64,000 nucleotides of DNA from Armatimonadota bacterium (GTDB lineage Bacteria > Armatimonadota > UBA5829 > DSUL01), in NCBI GenBank assembly GCA_039811685.1, contig JBDHZC010000002.1:1-64000 (forward strand). The letters run 5' to 3'. Every line of letters begins with the position of its first letter. Within the stretch, counting starts at the first letter, position 1. Below the pieces are notes generated by a model that made no database searches, was not told the DNA's origin, and saw only the letters and a program-made list of their open reading frames with translations. Shown one piece after another: positions 17,939-27,901 of this stretch. Both the position numbers and the translations under genes were made by a program.

Positions 17939-19915
17939 ATGATGTTAAGAAGAGCCGTAGCCCTCATTTTGGTGTCCGCCCTGGTGTCAGGCGCCGGCGG
18001 TGGACCAGCGCTGGCCGCCTACACCCGCGCCCTCTCTCCCGCTTCGGGAGCGACGGTCTCCGGCACTGTGGAGATTTCTCTCGGATTTATCGCAGACGCA
18101 AATGCAAAAGCCACAAAAGTCCTCATTAAAGTTGATGGCAATGAGTACGGAACCAAGTTTCTGCAGAGCGCACAGGAGCGCGGAGTAGCCTCCATCCTGT
18201 TAGATACCACCCGCTTTGCGGATGGGCGTCATGGCATCTCGTTTTACGTTTTCAGTGGAGCTACGCAGATTGGAAAAGCCTACGTCGATGTTGTTGTAAA
18301 AAACGGCGCCCGCTCCACGCCGTCACCCGCAGCGGGAGACAAGAATAAGGGGCAGGTCCATCTGAAGTTCAGCAACCTCCGCGATGGAGAGCACGTGTCG
18401 GGCAGCAGACTGATCCGCCTTGTGCCTGACTCTACTGCCGGGCATGGGGCGTTTGTCTCGCTTTATGTTGACAAGAGTCTCAAATACGTCAGCAACAGAG
18501 CGCCTTTTGAGTTTCAGTTGGACACCACCGGGCTTTCAGACGGGCCGCACGTAGTGGAGGCGGAAGTCAGCACTGCGGCACAGGATGTGATAGTGCGCAA
18601 TTCAGTGCGTATCAATGTGGAGAACAAAGGCACTCTGGCTGGAGAGATAGCCAGGCTGGCGGATGATACACCGAACACCAGCGCGAGACCGCCGGCCGCT
18701 ATTGCCGCGACTCCTGCGCTTCCAGCGTCCAAAGCTCCAGACAAATCACTCAACAAAGCGTCTCGCGCTCCAGAAGAGCCTGTGATTGCCGCTCCCGCCA
18801 AACTCAGTGTCAAGAGATCGGCAACCCCGAGTGTTGTCAGGACGCCGGATACGGAGAAGCTGCCGGACAAACCTGTGGTGACCTCCATTCCCAAACCTGC
18901 TTCGACAGAGCCGGATGCTCAGATGCCAGAAGCCATCGATCAGGCCAGTCCGCCGCAGGAACCCGCAGGTACGCCGCCGCAGGTCGCCGTCGATGCCGCT
19001 GAACCTGAAGTATCCCCCGCCGCCACAAAACCTGTGAAGCCAGAGGTCCGCTGGCAGGACTACGAAGCCAAAGTCTCTGACAGCGTCATCACTGCGCGGC
19101 CTTCGATTCAGCCTCTGAGCACGGATGTTCCGGCGCCAGCGCAGGCTCCGGCTTTGGAGACACCTGACGCGAAGGCAACGGCTCCAGTGGCTCCATCCAC
19201 TTCCGTCGCAATCGTTCCAACCTTGCCGAAAACAGCGAGCATCCCCGAAAAGCTTACAAAGGAAGTCAGCCCGGTGTCTTCACCTGCTGACATTCGCAGG
19301 TTGTCGCGCCCGGACACGCAGTGGTCCGAAATGCAGGCGCGCTCTGTTGAGGCCAGGATTATGAGCCGGCCAAAGCTGGCGCCCAGCCACTACGAAGTGC
19401 GCGACGACCCCAGGCCTGCTCGCACGCAGCCGACTGCCAGAGTGAACCCGCCCAAACCTGTCGCTATGGCCATGGCGCCTCCTGCGGCTGCGCCGGATTA
19501 CACGCTCAGCCCTGCGCGTTCGGCTCCAGAGACGGCAAAGATGAAATTCCTGCGCTACGATACGCCGCAACCGATGCTCACCGGCGGACGCGCTCTCGTG
19601 CAGCTTCGGCAGGCTGTGGAGAAACTGGGCGGGCATGTAAGCTGGACCAATCACTTGAAACAGGCGACCGCCGTCATCGCGGGACGCAAGCTGGTTGCCG
19701 ATATGCGAAATCAGACGCTGAAGGCGGACGGACGGACGCTTGAAAGCCTGCGTATGAAGATCGTGAACGGACGGGTATGGATTGAGGCGCGGAAGCTGGT
19801 ACAGGCATTCCCGGTACGCGTCAAATGGAACAGCGCTGAACGCAGCATCCAGATTGAGCGCAAAATGAGTCAGACGCCAAAGCAGAAGACAGTTGACAGA
19901 AAACCTGTATCCTGA
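17939..19915 (+). CDS. Secreted protein: two Ig-like domains, long Pro/Ala linker, C-terminal copper-amine-oxidase-N (stalk)-like domain
   Basis: Signal peptide; LDTT....DG.H appears twice; C-terminal GRALVQLRQAVEKLGGHVSW and NGRVWIEAR...VKWN. Confidence 0.75.
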   Translation: MMLRRAVALILVSALVSGAGGGPALAAYTRALSPASGATVSGTVEISLGFIADANAKATKVLIKVDGNEYGTKFLQSAQERGVASILLDTTRFADGRHGISFYVFSGATQIGKAYVDVVVKNGARSTPSPAAGDKNKGQVHLKFSNLRDGEHVSGSRLIRLVPDSTAGHGAFVSLYVDKSLKYVSNRAPFEFQLDTTGLSDGPHVVEAEVSTAAQDVIVRNSVRINVENKGTLAGEIARLADDTPNTSARPPAAIAATPALPASKAPDKSLNKASRAPEEPVIAAPAKLSVKRSATPSVVRTPDTEKLPDKPVVTSIPKPASTEPDAQMPEAIDQASPPQEPAGTPPQVAVDAAEPEVSPAATKPVKPEVRWQDYEAKVSDSVITARPSIQPLSTDVPAPAQAPALETPDAKATAPVAPSTSVAIVPTLPKTASIPEKLTKEVSPVSSPADIRRLSRPDTQWSEMQARSVEARIMSRPKLAPSHYEVRDDPRPARTQPTARVNPPKPVAMAMAPPAAAPDYTLSPARSAPETAKMKFLRYDTPQPMLTGGRALVQLRQAVEKLGGHVSWTNHLKQATAVIAGRKLVADMRNQTLKADGRTLESLRMKIVNGRVWIEARKLVQAFPVRVKWNSAERSIQIERKMSQTPKQKTVDRKPVS

Positions 19916-19947
19916 CAGCGCCTGTCAATCGAAAGCGGTGTAAAGAG

Positions 19948-19971
19948 CGGCCAGGTCTATAGACCTGGCCG
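19948..19971. terminator. Perfect hairpin between convergent genes
   Basis: CGGCCAGGTC-TATA-GACCTGGCCG. Confidence 0.75.
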
Positions 19972-19993
19972 TTATTCTTAGACTCTGAACGAA

Positions 19994-20329
19994 TCAGCTC
20001 TTGTCGGAAGTTGAGGCGGATACCGCCTTTTTGGGCTCTGAGGTGGAGGAGGCGCTATCGGATGAGCTCTGAGCTGACGAACCTGCCGTAGCCGAGGCCG
20101 AATCACCAGCGCTGGAAGACTCCTTACCGCCGGATTTGCGCTTCTCTTCCTTGTGCTTGTAGTCTGTTACGTAGAAACCGGGGCCTTTGAACACAATGCC
20201 AACCGGGAAAAGCACTTTTCTGACTGCCCCGTGACAGGAGGGGCAGGATTCCAGAGGCGGATCAGAGACTTTCTGGATGAGTTCTGTTTGCTGCGCGCAT
20301 TCTTTGCATTCGTACACGTACGTGGGCAT
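19994..20329 (-). CDS. FmdB-family zinc-ribbon protein
   Basis: MPTYVYECKEC...CPSC...GIVFKGPGFYVTDY; AGGAG RBS. Confidence 0.92.
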   Translation of the reverse strand: MPTYVYECKECAQQTELIQKVSDPPLESCPSCHGAVRKVLFPVGIVFKGPGFYVTDYKHKEEKRKSGGKESSSAGDSASATAGSSAQSSSDSASSTSEPKKAVSASTSDKS

Positions 20330-20430
20330 GAATTCTCCTTGAGAAGAGCGTGGGGTAACAGAAGAATTATACTCGCAGAAGCCAGAAATATGCATCCAGC
20401 ACTACGCAAACGGTGTGAAGTGACAAACTG

Positions 20431-21111
20431 ATGAGCAGCGATATTCGGGACAATCTTCTGCGCGTGAGAGACGCCATTGCGGCACAGTGCCAACGCGATG
20501 GGCGCAATGAATCGGAAATCACTCTGGTTTGCGTTTCCAAAACAGTTCCGGTGGACACAGTGCGCCAGGCTATTGAGGCTGGTTGCTCGGTTCTGGGTGA
20601 AAACTACGTTCAGGAAGCGCAGGACAAGATCATATCGCTCGGCCATGCGCCCAGGTGGCATCTGATCGGGCATCTCCAGCGCAACAAGGCCTCTCGCGCC
20701 GCACAGCTCTTTGACATGGTTCAGAGCGTGGACAGCGAGAAGCTGGCAGTGAAGCTGGACGGCGCGGCCCTGGCGGCCGGAAGGGCACTGGAAGTGCTCA
20801 TAGAAGTCAACGCCTTTGGTGAAGCGTCCAAGACTGGCTTGCCGGAGACAGAGCTCGGAGCCGTTGTGGAAACAGTGCGATCTTTGAAGAATCTGAAATT
20901 GATGGGGTTGATGGGCCTACCACCACCTCAGAAAGCAGAAGCAGATCAGAGAAAGCAGTTCGCCCGATTGCGCACGCTGTGGGAGACCCTGCCACCAGAG
21001 AACCGCAAGGTGTTGTCGATGGGAATGTCAGCAGATTACGGGGCCGCAATTGCGGAGGGATCGACTATGATACGCATTGGGACGGCGATCTTTGGCGCGA
21101 GAGGGATGTGA
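20431..21111 (+). CDS. yggS: PLP homeostasis protein YggS
   Basis: VSKT, GENYVQE, WHLIGHLQRNK, LSMGMS.DY..AI.EGSTMIRIGTAIFG. Confidence 0.95.
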   Translation: MSSDIRDNLLRVRDAIAAQCQRDGRNESEITLVCVSKTVPVDTVRQAIEAGCSVLGENYVQEAQDKIISLGHAPRWHLIGHLQRNKASRAAQLFDMVQSVDSEKLAVKLDGAALAAGRALEVLIEVNAFGEASKTGLPETELGAVVETVRSLKNLKLMGLMGLPPPQKAEADQRKQFARLRTLWETLPPENRKVLSMGMSADYGAAIAEGSTMIRIGTAIFGARGM

Positions 21112-21376
21112 AATTCATAAATTTCGCCCTGAAAAGAGACACTTTTTGTCGAATTCGTGCTAAAGTCTGTTGCACGGACTGTTACTGCGTCAGATGGATT
21201 CTGGCGCCGGGTGGCAAGTCCGAATAATCCGGGCAATGGATCCGGAATCTCAGTTGATCCCCGAGCATTCTCGCCCGTGCTGAAGGGTGCGTCTGTCCTC
21301 TGGCTCAGGACGCCAGGGGCTAAGGTGGGGCCGCTGTCACCAACGGTGGCAAAGGCGCCGGAGAAATTGAGGCAGC

Positions 21377-21823
21377 ATGTCAATGGAAGAAATGACTCTC
21401 GACGAATCTGAAGAGCCAAAAGGAATTTGGGGCCGCCTGAAAGAGAAGTTTGCTATGGGTTCCGATGAGGACGAGGAAGACCTCGACCTGCGCGGGTCCA
21501 GGCAATCCCGCAGATCGGTTTCTCTCAAACTGCACTCGGCCCGTGTTAACCGCGTATCAGTCTGGCACGCGGCCGACTCTTTCGAGACCGCGCGGCAAGC
21601 CGCTGACGGCCTGAAAGAAGGCCACCCGCAAGTTGTCAACCTCGAGAACACCGAACCTGACCTTGCCGAGAGAATTATCGATTTCCTCAACGGAGTCACC
21701 TACGCGCTGGACGGATATGTGGAGAAGGTCGGTCACAAAGTATACTTCTTCACCCCTCACAACATGGTGATTGATGTAGAGGAGTCCACTCATCGTTCGC
21801 GACCTTTCTTTGCCGGTAACTAG
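21377..21823 (+). CDS. sepF: Cell division protein SepF
   Basis: VVNLE...AERIIDFLNGVTYALDG..EKV...FFTP.N; follows yggS. Confidence 0.93.
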   Translation: MSMEEMTLDESEEPKGIWGRLKEKFAMGSDEDEEDLDLRGSRQSRRSVSLKLHSARVNRVSVWHAADSFETARQAADGLKEGHPQVVNLENTEPDLAERIIDFLNGVTYALDGYVEKVGHKVYFFTPHNMVIDVEESTHRSRPFFAGN

Positions 21824-21859
21824 CAAGAGCCACTGCCGAACAGGGCCGAGAACTCACCC

Positions 21860-22660
21860 GTGAAAACGGCGTTTCTCGGTGTTGGAGCTATGGGCAGTGC
21901 GCTGGCGCGTGGCGTGATTGCGTCAGGCTTCTGCCAGGCGGCGGACGTGTTCGCCTACGACTCTGACAGATCCAGGTCTGAGAAGTTATCCCGGGAAACC
22001 GGGTGCCGCGTGTGCGCGTCGGCTCCGGATGCTGCATCAGAAGCCGACGTTGTGGTTGTGTGTGTGAAGCCCGCCGTCGTAACAGGTGTCTTGAAGGAGA
22101 TATCTCCGGCTGTCACGCCCGCCAGGATCGTGATCAGCATTGCGGCAGCGGTGAAACTTGAGACTCTCGAAGGGGCATTACCCGCCGGCACGCCGGTTGT
22201 GCGCGTCATGCCAAACACTCCAGCGCTCGTCGGGCGCGGGGCCGCCGGGCTTGCCGCGGGTAAAAGCGTCTCCCCGGCACAGATCGAGCAATGCGTCAGG
22301 CTCCTGGAATCTGTAGGGGTAGCAGTCGCGGTGGATGAGAAGCTGATGGATGCCATTACCGGGTTATCCGGCAGCGGGCCTGCTTTTGTCTATAGCGTGA
22401 TCGAGGCTCTGGCGGACGGCGGTGTGGCCAACGGGCTGCCCAGGGACGTCGCTCTCAAACTCGCAGCGCAGACGGTGGCCGGAGCAGCAGAGATGGTATT
22501 GAAAAGCGGGCAACATCCCGCAGTGTTGCGCGATCAGGTCACAACGCCCGGTGGAACCACAATCGCCGGCCTTGTTGAGCTTGAGCGTGCGGGACTGCCT
22601 TCCGCCCTGATTGCCGCCGTGCAGGCCGCCACAAAGCGCTCCGCGGAACTTGGAACGTGA
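21860..22660 (+). CDS. proC: Pyrroline-5-carboxylate reductase
   Basis: FLGVGAMG, VKP, RVMPNTP, TGLSGSGPAF, VTTPGGTT. Confidence 0.96.
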   Translation: MKTAFLGVGAMGSALARGVIASGFCQAADVFAYDSDRSRSEKLSRETGCRVCASAPDAASEADVVVVCVKPAVVTGVLKEISPAVTPARIVISIAAAVKLETLEGALPAGTPVVRVMPNTPALVGRGAAGLAAGKSVSPAQIEQCVRLLESVGVAVAVDEKLMDAITGLSGSGPAFVYSVIEALADGGVANGLPRDVALKLAAQTVAGAAEMVLKSGQHPAVLRDQVTTPGGTTIAGLVELERAGLPSALIAAVQAATKRSAELGT

Positions 22661-22935
22661 TGACAGGTTCGCTTATAGCGCTGCTTATCCTTGCGCTGGA
22701 CGTTTACAAATGGATACTGCTGGTCCGGGTGCTTATGAGCTGGATCCCGAATGTGCCGCGCTACAATCCCATTGTGCGATTTCTTGTTGACGTCACAGAT
22801 CCCGTGCTCTATCCGTTCCAGCGGTTGATTCCACCGGAGAAGACGGGTTTTCTGGATTTATCGCCGATTCTGGCGTTTTTTGCCATTGGGTTTATCCAAA
22901 GGCTGCTGCAGATGCTGATGGCGCCCGGCTTGTAG
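22660..22935 (+). CDS. yggT: YggT/YlmG family membrane protein
   Basis: RVLMSWIP...TDPVL.P...LDLSPILA. Confidence 0.92.
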   Translation: MTGSLIALLILALDVYKWILLVRVLMSWIPNVPRYNPIVRFLVDVTDPVLYPFQRLIPPEKTGFLDLSPILAFFAIGFIQRLLQMLMAPGL

Positions 22936-22961
22936 CCGGCTCACAGGATGGAGACATAGCG

Positions 22962-23573
22962 ATGAAAATCACGGCAATAGACCTTAGCCACAAGAAACTC
23001 AACCGTTCGTTCCGAGGATACCGATCTTCAGAGGTAGACGATCTTCTCAAGGAGATCGCCTCTGAGCTCGAAGACGCCGCCAGGGATCGGGCGCGGCTGG
23101 AAGATCAGATTGATTCAATGCGCGGTGAAGTCGGACGCTACAAGGAGATGGAGGAGACGCTGAACAACGCGATCCTTCTCGCCCAGCGTACGGCTGATGA
23201 GTTGAGGGCCAGCGCCTACCGCGAAGCCGATGTCGTTGTGAGAGAAGCTGAGGATCGAGCAAAGCAGGTCACTCAGCGCGCTCACGACCAGCGCGTCGAG
23301 CTTTTGAACGAGACACGACGCCTGGCCGATCGCCGCGACATGTTCATTGACATTCTGCGAAGCGCGGCCCGCGATATGCTGGAGTGGCTGGAGCACAGAC
23401 GCTGGGAGGAAGTCATCAGCATCCCGGAGCGCACGCCAACAGAAGAAGCCGACCGGCCTGTTGAGGCTATAAGTGATAGCACTGTGACTGTCAGGCAGGC
23501 TGAGGAGTTGTCCAGCGAGACTGCGGATACAGCGCAGGAGGCGGAATCTGTAGCGCGAGAGGCAACGGGCTAA
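22962..23573 (+). CDS. divIVA: DivIVA domain protein
   Basis: FRGYRSSEVDDLL followed by coiled coil. Confidence 0.9.
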   Translation: MKITAIDLSHKKLNRSFRGYRSSEVDDLLKEIASELEDAARDRARLEDQIDSMRGEVGRYKEMEETLNNAILLAQRTADELRASAYREADVVVREAEDRAKQVTQRAHDQRVELLNETRRLADRRDMFIDILRSAARDMLEWLEHRRWEEVISIPERTPTEEADRPVEAISDSTVTVRQAEELSSETADTAQEAESVAREATG

Positions 23574-23597
23574 CCCACGTCAGATATACCCGAAGGC

Positions 23598-25058
23598 ATG
23601 TCTCCAGATCAGAGCGGAGACACGCGCAATTCTGAAGCGCTGTCCAGCAAACCTCCCGGAAGCGGACGTGGAAAGCTTCTGTGGATTGCTGTCGTCGGCG
23701 CTCTGCTGACTGCGATCGCCATCATACAGAACACTGGCGCGGGGCGCAGCGCCGCTCAGAGCGCGTCGGAGACGCTCTCACAGCCCCTCGTCGACCTCCA
23801 GTTGGCTGTCTTGTTGTCCGAGCCTGCAACGCCGCTGAACGGAGAGCTGAAAATGTCCGACACGCTCTCTACTCTGGCTCAGCGGCTCCAGGCAGACCTT
23901 CCGCCGGCAGCATCTCTCACACCCGACGACGCGCTGAGCCTCTCAGGTTCGGCCGTGCGCCTGCGCCTGCTCGGCAGCCTCTATCACACAGACTACAAAC
24001 TGGCAGATCAAATCCTGAAGAAGGCGCAGAAGGCGAAAGCCGTCACCCGTGATTTATCCAGGATTATCAAAATTACTTTGACAGATATAGACTCCTGGAC
24101 TGTGGCAGACGACAGGTTTATCGCGCAACAGCGCCTTGGACCGCTGGGGCTGCTGGCTTCGGCGCGCGCTCTGGCTGACAGAGGCAGCGTGGTGGAGGCT
24201 GAGGAAGTTCGCAGCCGTCTGATTCGTATGGGACAGATAGCCCGAGCGAAATCGGAGTTTTCGTCCATAGTGACGCTCTTTCTGTTCTTCGCCGGATCTA
24301 CGGCGTGGCTGATCTACCTCAGCGCTGGAAAGGCGAGAAACCAGACAGCGCTGAAAAGCCTGCGCTCATCCAGTCTGCCGCTCTGGCAGGCTGCGGCAGC
24401 TTTTCTGATTCTGTTTCTGGCGCTCGCGGTGGTGTTGAGCCTGGCTGCTGACCATGTGGGCAAGCACTCAGTAGACGACGAGACCCTGTCGCTGGTCCAC
24501 TATGTCTTGAGCGCTCTCGTCGCTGTGCCGGGGGCGGCCATCCTGCTGCGAGCGCACGGACTCTCCCTCAAGAGCCTGGGGCTGGTAACTCCGGACTGGG
24601 TTTTTGACATTGCGTGGGGAATTGGAGGGTTCTTCGCGGCTGCTATTCTGAGTATCGTCCTGGGCATGGTTATGATCCCCGTGTCGCGCGCCCTGGGGTC
24701 TCAGGGAGTCACCAATCCAGCCAGCCGCTACCTTCTAATGAGCCAGGCTGGATGGATGACAGCAGCCCTGATGGCAGTGTTTGGCATAGTTGCTCCTTTT
24801 GTAGAAGAGCTTTTCTTCAGAGGAGCTCTTCTGAGGGCACTGAACGCAGACTTCGGACAGCAGGCGGCGATATGGGGGAGCGCGGTAGCTTTTGCGATCA
24901 TTCATCCGGGGGCGCCGGAGCTGCTGGTGACGTATGTCGCGCTGGGATGGGTCTTTGCCAAGCTCACCGTCCTGCGCGGCTCTCTGCTGCCCTCGATGAT
25001 CGCGCACGCGCTGAATAATCTGTTGACTGCGTCCCTGCTTCTCCTGCTTCAGGTATAA
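23598..25058 (+). CDS. CPBP (CAAX/Abi) family intramembrane metalloprotease
   Basis: APFVEELFFRG, FAIIH, AHALNN. Confidence 0.88.
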   Translation: MSPDQSGDTRNSEALSSKPPGSGRGKLLWIAVVGALLTAIAIIQNTGAGRSAAQSASETLSQPLVDLQLAVLLSEPATPLNGELKMSDTLSTLAQRLQADLPPAASLTPDDALSLSGSAVRLRLLGSLYHTDYKLADQILKKAQKAKAVTRDLSRIIKITLTDIDSWTVADDRFIAQQRLGPLGLLASARALADRGSVVEAEEVRSRLIRMGQIARAKSEFSSIVTLFLFFAGSTAWLIYLSAGKARNQTALKSLRSSSLPLWQAAAAFLILFLALAVVLSLAADHVGKHSVDDETLSLVHYVLSALVAVPGAAILLRAHGLSLKSLGLVTPDWVFDIAWGIGGFFAAAILSIVLGMVMIPVSRALGSQGVTNPASRYLLMSQAGWMTAALMAVFGIVAPFVEELFFRGALLRALNADFGQQAAIWGSAVAFAIIHPGAPELLVTYVALGWVFAKLTVLRGSLLPSMIAHALNNLLTASLLLLLQV

Positions 25059-25065
25059 CAGATCC

Positions 25066-25464
25066 ATGAGTGCGATTTCGGCTGTACTGACAGTGATCAT
25101 CGCCGGGATGTTCATCCTGCTATGGCTTGTGCTGATGGCCTGGGCCATGCGGACAACACTTCGGTGGTGGATTTTTCAGAAGACACCCCATGACACAGTC
25201 CCGGCGGTTGTAAGCAGAGTGGCAATCACGCCAGAGCCTTCACTGATAGGGGAACCCGAACCCCTGCCCGAGTTCCTACTGGAGTTCCTCACTGACTCGG
25301 GCGAAACGATGAGTCTGAGTGCAACGCCGGCTCAGTACGAGTCCGTTCAACAGGGAGACAGAGTCACGCTGTTCGTCAAAGCCGGCCGGGTGGTGGACTT
25401 TCGAGTGGAACCGGGCGCCTCAGCTTCCAGGGACGTGCGTACGCGGATTATACGCGACGAATGA
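25066..25464 (+). CDS. Small membrane protein (DUF2500-like OB domain)
   Basis: N-terminal TM, then V.A.VS...LEF.T.SGE...Y..VQQGD. Confidence 0.6.
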   Translation: MSAISAVLTVIIAGMFILLWLVLMAWAMRTTLRWWIFQKTPHDTVPAVVSRVAITPEPSLIGEPEPLPEFLLEFLTDSGETMSLSATPAQYESVQQGDRVTLFVKAGRVVDFRVEPGASASRDVRTRIIRDE

Positions 25465-25748
25465 CGGCGCACGAGCAGATATCACTGCTGAGAGTGCGCG
25501 TTACACCGAAAGCATCCGCAACCCGGGTGGATCGGTGGGAGAACAGCGTTCTTTACGTGCGGGTTAGCGCTGCGCCTGCGGAAGGCGCGGCAAACAAGGC
25601 CGTTATCGAACTTGTGTCCTCTGTGCTCCGGATACCAAAATCCAGTATCAGACTGAAGTCTGGCGCCTCCAGCCGCGACAAGACGCTGGAAGTGGCAGGA
25701 CTATCACGGGCAGAGCTTGAGCATCGCATTGCCGCCACTTCTGGCTGA
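25461..25748 (+). CDS. DUF167 / YggU family protein
   Basis: VRVTPKAS...APAEGAAN...SGASSRDK. Confidence 0.92.
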   Translation: MTAHEQISLLRVRVTPKASATRVDRWENSVLYVRVSAAPAEGAANKAVIELVSSVLRIPKSSIRLKSGASSRDKTLEVAGLSRAELEHRIAATSG

Positions 25749-25825
25749 GAAAGCCAGGAAGCTCTACTGAGAACCTCATCACCTGTTGTGGAAAGAAGAT
25801 ACTCAGAAGGAATCTGACGCTGAGA

Positions 25826-27571
25826 TTGACACCACCGATTTTGCGCTACGCCTGCACTCGCCCCGCCGCATTTATCTGCATTGTTCTGTCGCTTATGCAG
25901 TGCGCTGACTGCGCGTATGCCCAGCTTCAACTGATTTCCGTACAGAACGCCATCGCACTCCAAGACAGTGCCAGCGGGCGGGTGCTGGGGCGCTTCACGC
26001 GACCGGAGATTGATGAGCGAACGCTGGACGATGTGCCCCTGGTGCGAACCAGCCACGCCGGAGACCGCCGCGCAATTCACCAGACATGGCGCGCCTCAGA
26101 AGGCTTCGAGATTGCGGTCAGCTACAGCGTGCGCTCTAACCCGGAACGCGTGGTGATCAGGGCCTCAGCCCGAAACACCTCCCCCGGAGCGAAGGACCCG
26201 TACGTTCTGTTCCCGTTTCAGATTGAGCGGACGCTCGACTTCCCAAAGCTGATAAGCTTCACGCAATCGGCCACAGAGCGGCCACCGTTTGAAAGACCAC
26301 AGCCCGGTGAAGGGCTCAGTGCGTTCTGGAGCACTGAAGACTACAACCTGACGACGTGCGACTACGAGATGTTTGCGCCTGTCGCGGCGGTAACGAGTGA
26401 AGACGGCGCCATTGTCACAGGCTGCCATTTCGATGTACCCTCAACATTCCGGTTGCACAGGAGCGGGCGCTTTGAGCTGTTCCACCATTTCTATATGGGG
26501 CCGGAAGTTGGCTCTACAGATGACGGCATTTTGGCGCCTGGAAAGACCGCAAAGACGCCTTATGAGTTCTTTATCGGACGCACGCGCTCTACCACGTGGC
26601 AGGACGTCTACTCAAACTGGTATGCGCACCTGGAAAGAAACCGGCCGGCGCCAACTCACCTTGCGCAGGCAGTGCGCACGCGTCTGTCCGTTATTGAGTT
26701 GTTGCCAACAGATGAGCCGAATACGGACGCCGTCCAACCTGCGCCAGACAAGCCCGGATATGTTCGCTTCAACGAGCAGACGCCAGCAAGAGGGCTTCTG
26801 ACGCCGGAGTCAGAGCGCGGCAGGGAGTTGCTTAGTACGCTGCCGAAAAACCCGCCACAGGCTGTCGTGCTCAATTTGCGTGGACAGGGAAACGGAGCGC
26901 AGATCGGCCTGAAAGCCGGAGCTCTACCCTTCTCTCCCGTTCACATTGCTGATGCCGCCTTCATAAACGCCGTGCAAAGCGCTGTGCCGAGCTGCGCTCT
27001 GGTGTGCATCAACCCGCACCCCGCGTCGCCAGCCTACCAGATGGCCGATGTCATCGTCGCTCCCACAGACTCCGCTCAGCTGCTGCAGGCGAAACTACAG
27101 GCCGCCTCCACACCACTTGTCTTCGGACTGTGGCCAGACAGGCAGTGGTCCGAAGAAGCACTGGCGCAGGCTATTTTCTACGGATGCGGAGTGCCCGTGT
27201 GGCGATGGAAAGATGCGGACAAAGCCCTTAATCCTCAACTGTCCGAGATACTGTCGCGTGCCCAGTTTGTGCGCGGGTCCCCGCAAACCGGACAGCTCGA
27301 GTACGCCTCAGATGACGGAGCATTCTTTGCGACAATGCGCAATCAGACCGGCAAACCATCCTCGATGAAGCCGGCATTTTCGCATCTGCCTGACGAGGCC
27401 TTGCCAAAGAGCTTTGAGCTGAGGATCTGGGTATCCGGTCTGGGCAATGTCTTTGCAGAGACGATGACCGGCGCTCAGGTGAGCAAGAGTCTTCAGGACA
27501 AGGTGTTGAAAGAGGGGCAGATTGCAGTACTCAGCCTGACTCCAGCCAACCAAACAAGTAAAGCCAAATAA
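25826..27571 (+). CDS. Hypothetical secreted protein
   Basis: 581-aa ORF with hydrophobic N-terminus ending AYA-Q; no family recognised. Confidence 0.7.
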   Translation: MTPPILRYACTRPAAFICIVLSLMQCADCAYAQLQLISVQNAIALQDSASGRVLGRFTRPEIDERTLDDVPLVRTSHAGDRRAIHQTWRASEGFEIAVSYSVRSNPERVVIRASARNTSPGAKDPYVLFPFQIERTLDFPKLISFTQSATERPPFERPQPGEGLSAFWSTEDYNLTTCDYEMFAPVAAVTSEDGAIVTGCHFDVPSTFRLHRSGRFELFHHFYMGPEVGSTDDGILAPGKTAKTPYEFFIGRTRSTTWQDVYSNWYAHLERNRPAPTHLAQAVRTRLSVIELLPTDEPNTDAVQPAPDKPGYVRFNEQTPARGLLTPESERGRELLSTLPKNPPQAVVLNLRGQGNGAQIGLKAGALPFSPVHIADAAFINAVQSAVPSCALVCINPHPASPAYQMADVIVAPTDSAQLLQAKLQAASTPLVFGLWPDRQWSEEALAQAIFYGCGVPVWRWKDADKALNPQLSEILSRAQFVRGSPQTGQLEYASDDGAFFATMRNQTGKPSSMKPAFSHLPDEALPKSFELRIWVSGLGNVFAETMTGAQVSKSLQDKVLKEGQIAVLSLTPANQTSKAK

Positions 27572-27872
27572 AGTACAAGTTTTGACTTATAATTTATACT
27601 TCCTTGCGGTAGGCTGACGATTAGCAGGTGTCAAATTTTGCCGGAAGCGCGACACACAGCACCTGTCAAGGTTTTCTTGAGCACCCTCAAACGTTCTATT
27701 CCACAGAGTTTTCCACAGCCTGTGGATAAACGCAGGCGCTGAGGTTCTTTCGTGCCTGTGGGATGTTGAAGCCTGCGGCCGACTATGTGGAAACGCATGA
27801 AGGCGCGCCCGTGGACTTAGACATCCCGCGTGGCGGTCCGCTCTTGAGTTATACCCAAGTCGTGTGTATAAT
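27572..27872. promoter_or_regulatory. DnaA-box cluster with AT-rich flank
   Basis: TGTGGATAA (27721, perfect), TTTTCCACA (27709), TATTCCACA (27697), TGTGGAAAC (27786), TTATACCCA (27849), TGTGTATAA (27863); AT-rich 27569-27602. Confidence 0.7.
27844..27872 (+). promoter_or_regulatory. sigma70-type promoter overlapping two DnaA boxes
   Basis: TTGAGT-N17-TATAAT. Confidence 0.6.
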
Positions 27873-27901
27873 CCGCGCAAGCAGACAAGTTTTTCCAACG
27901 C

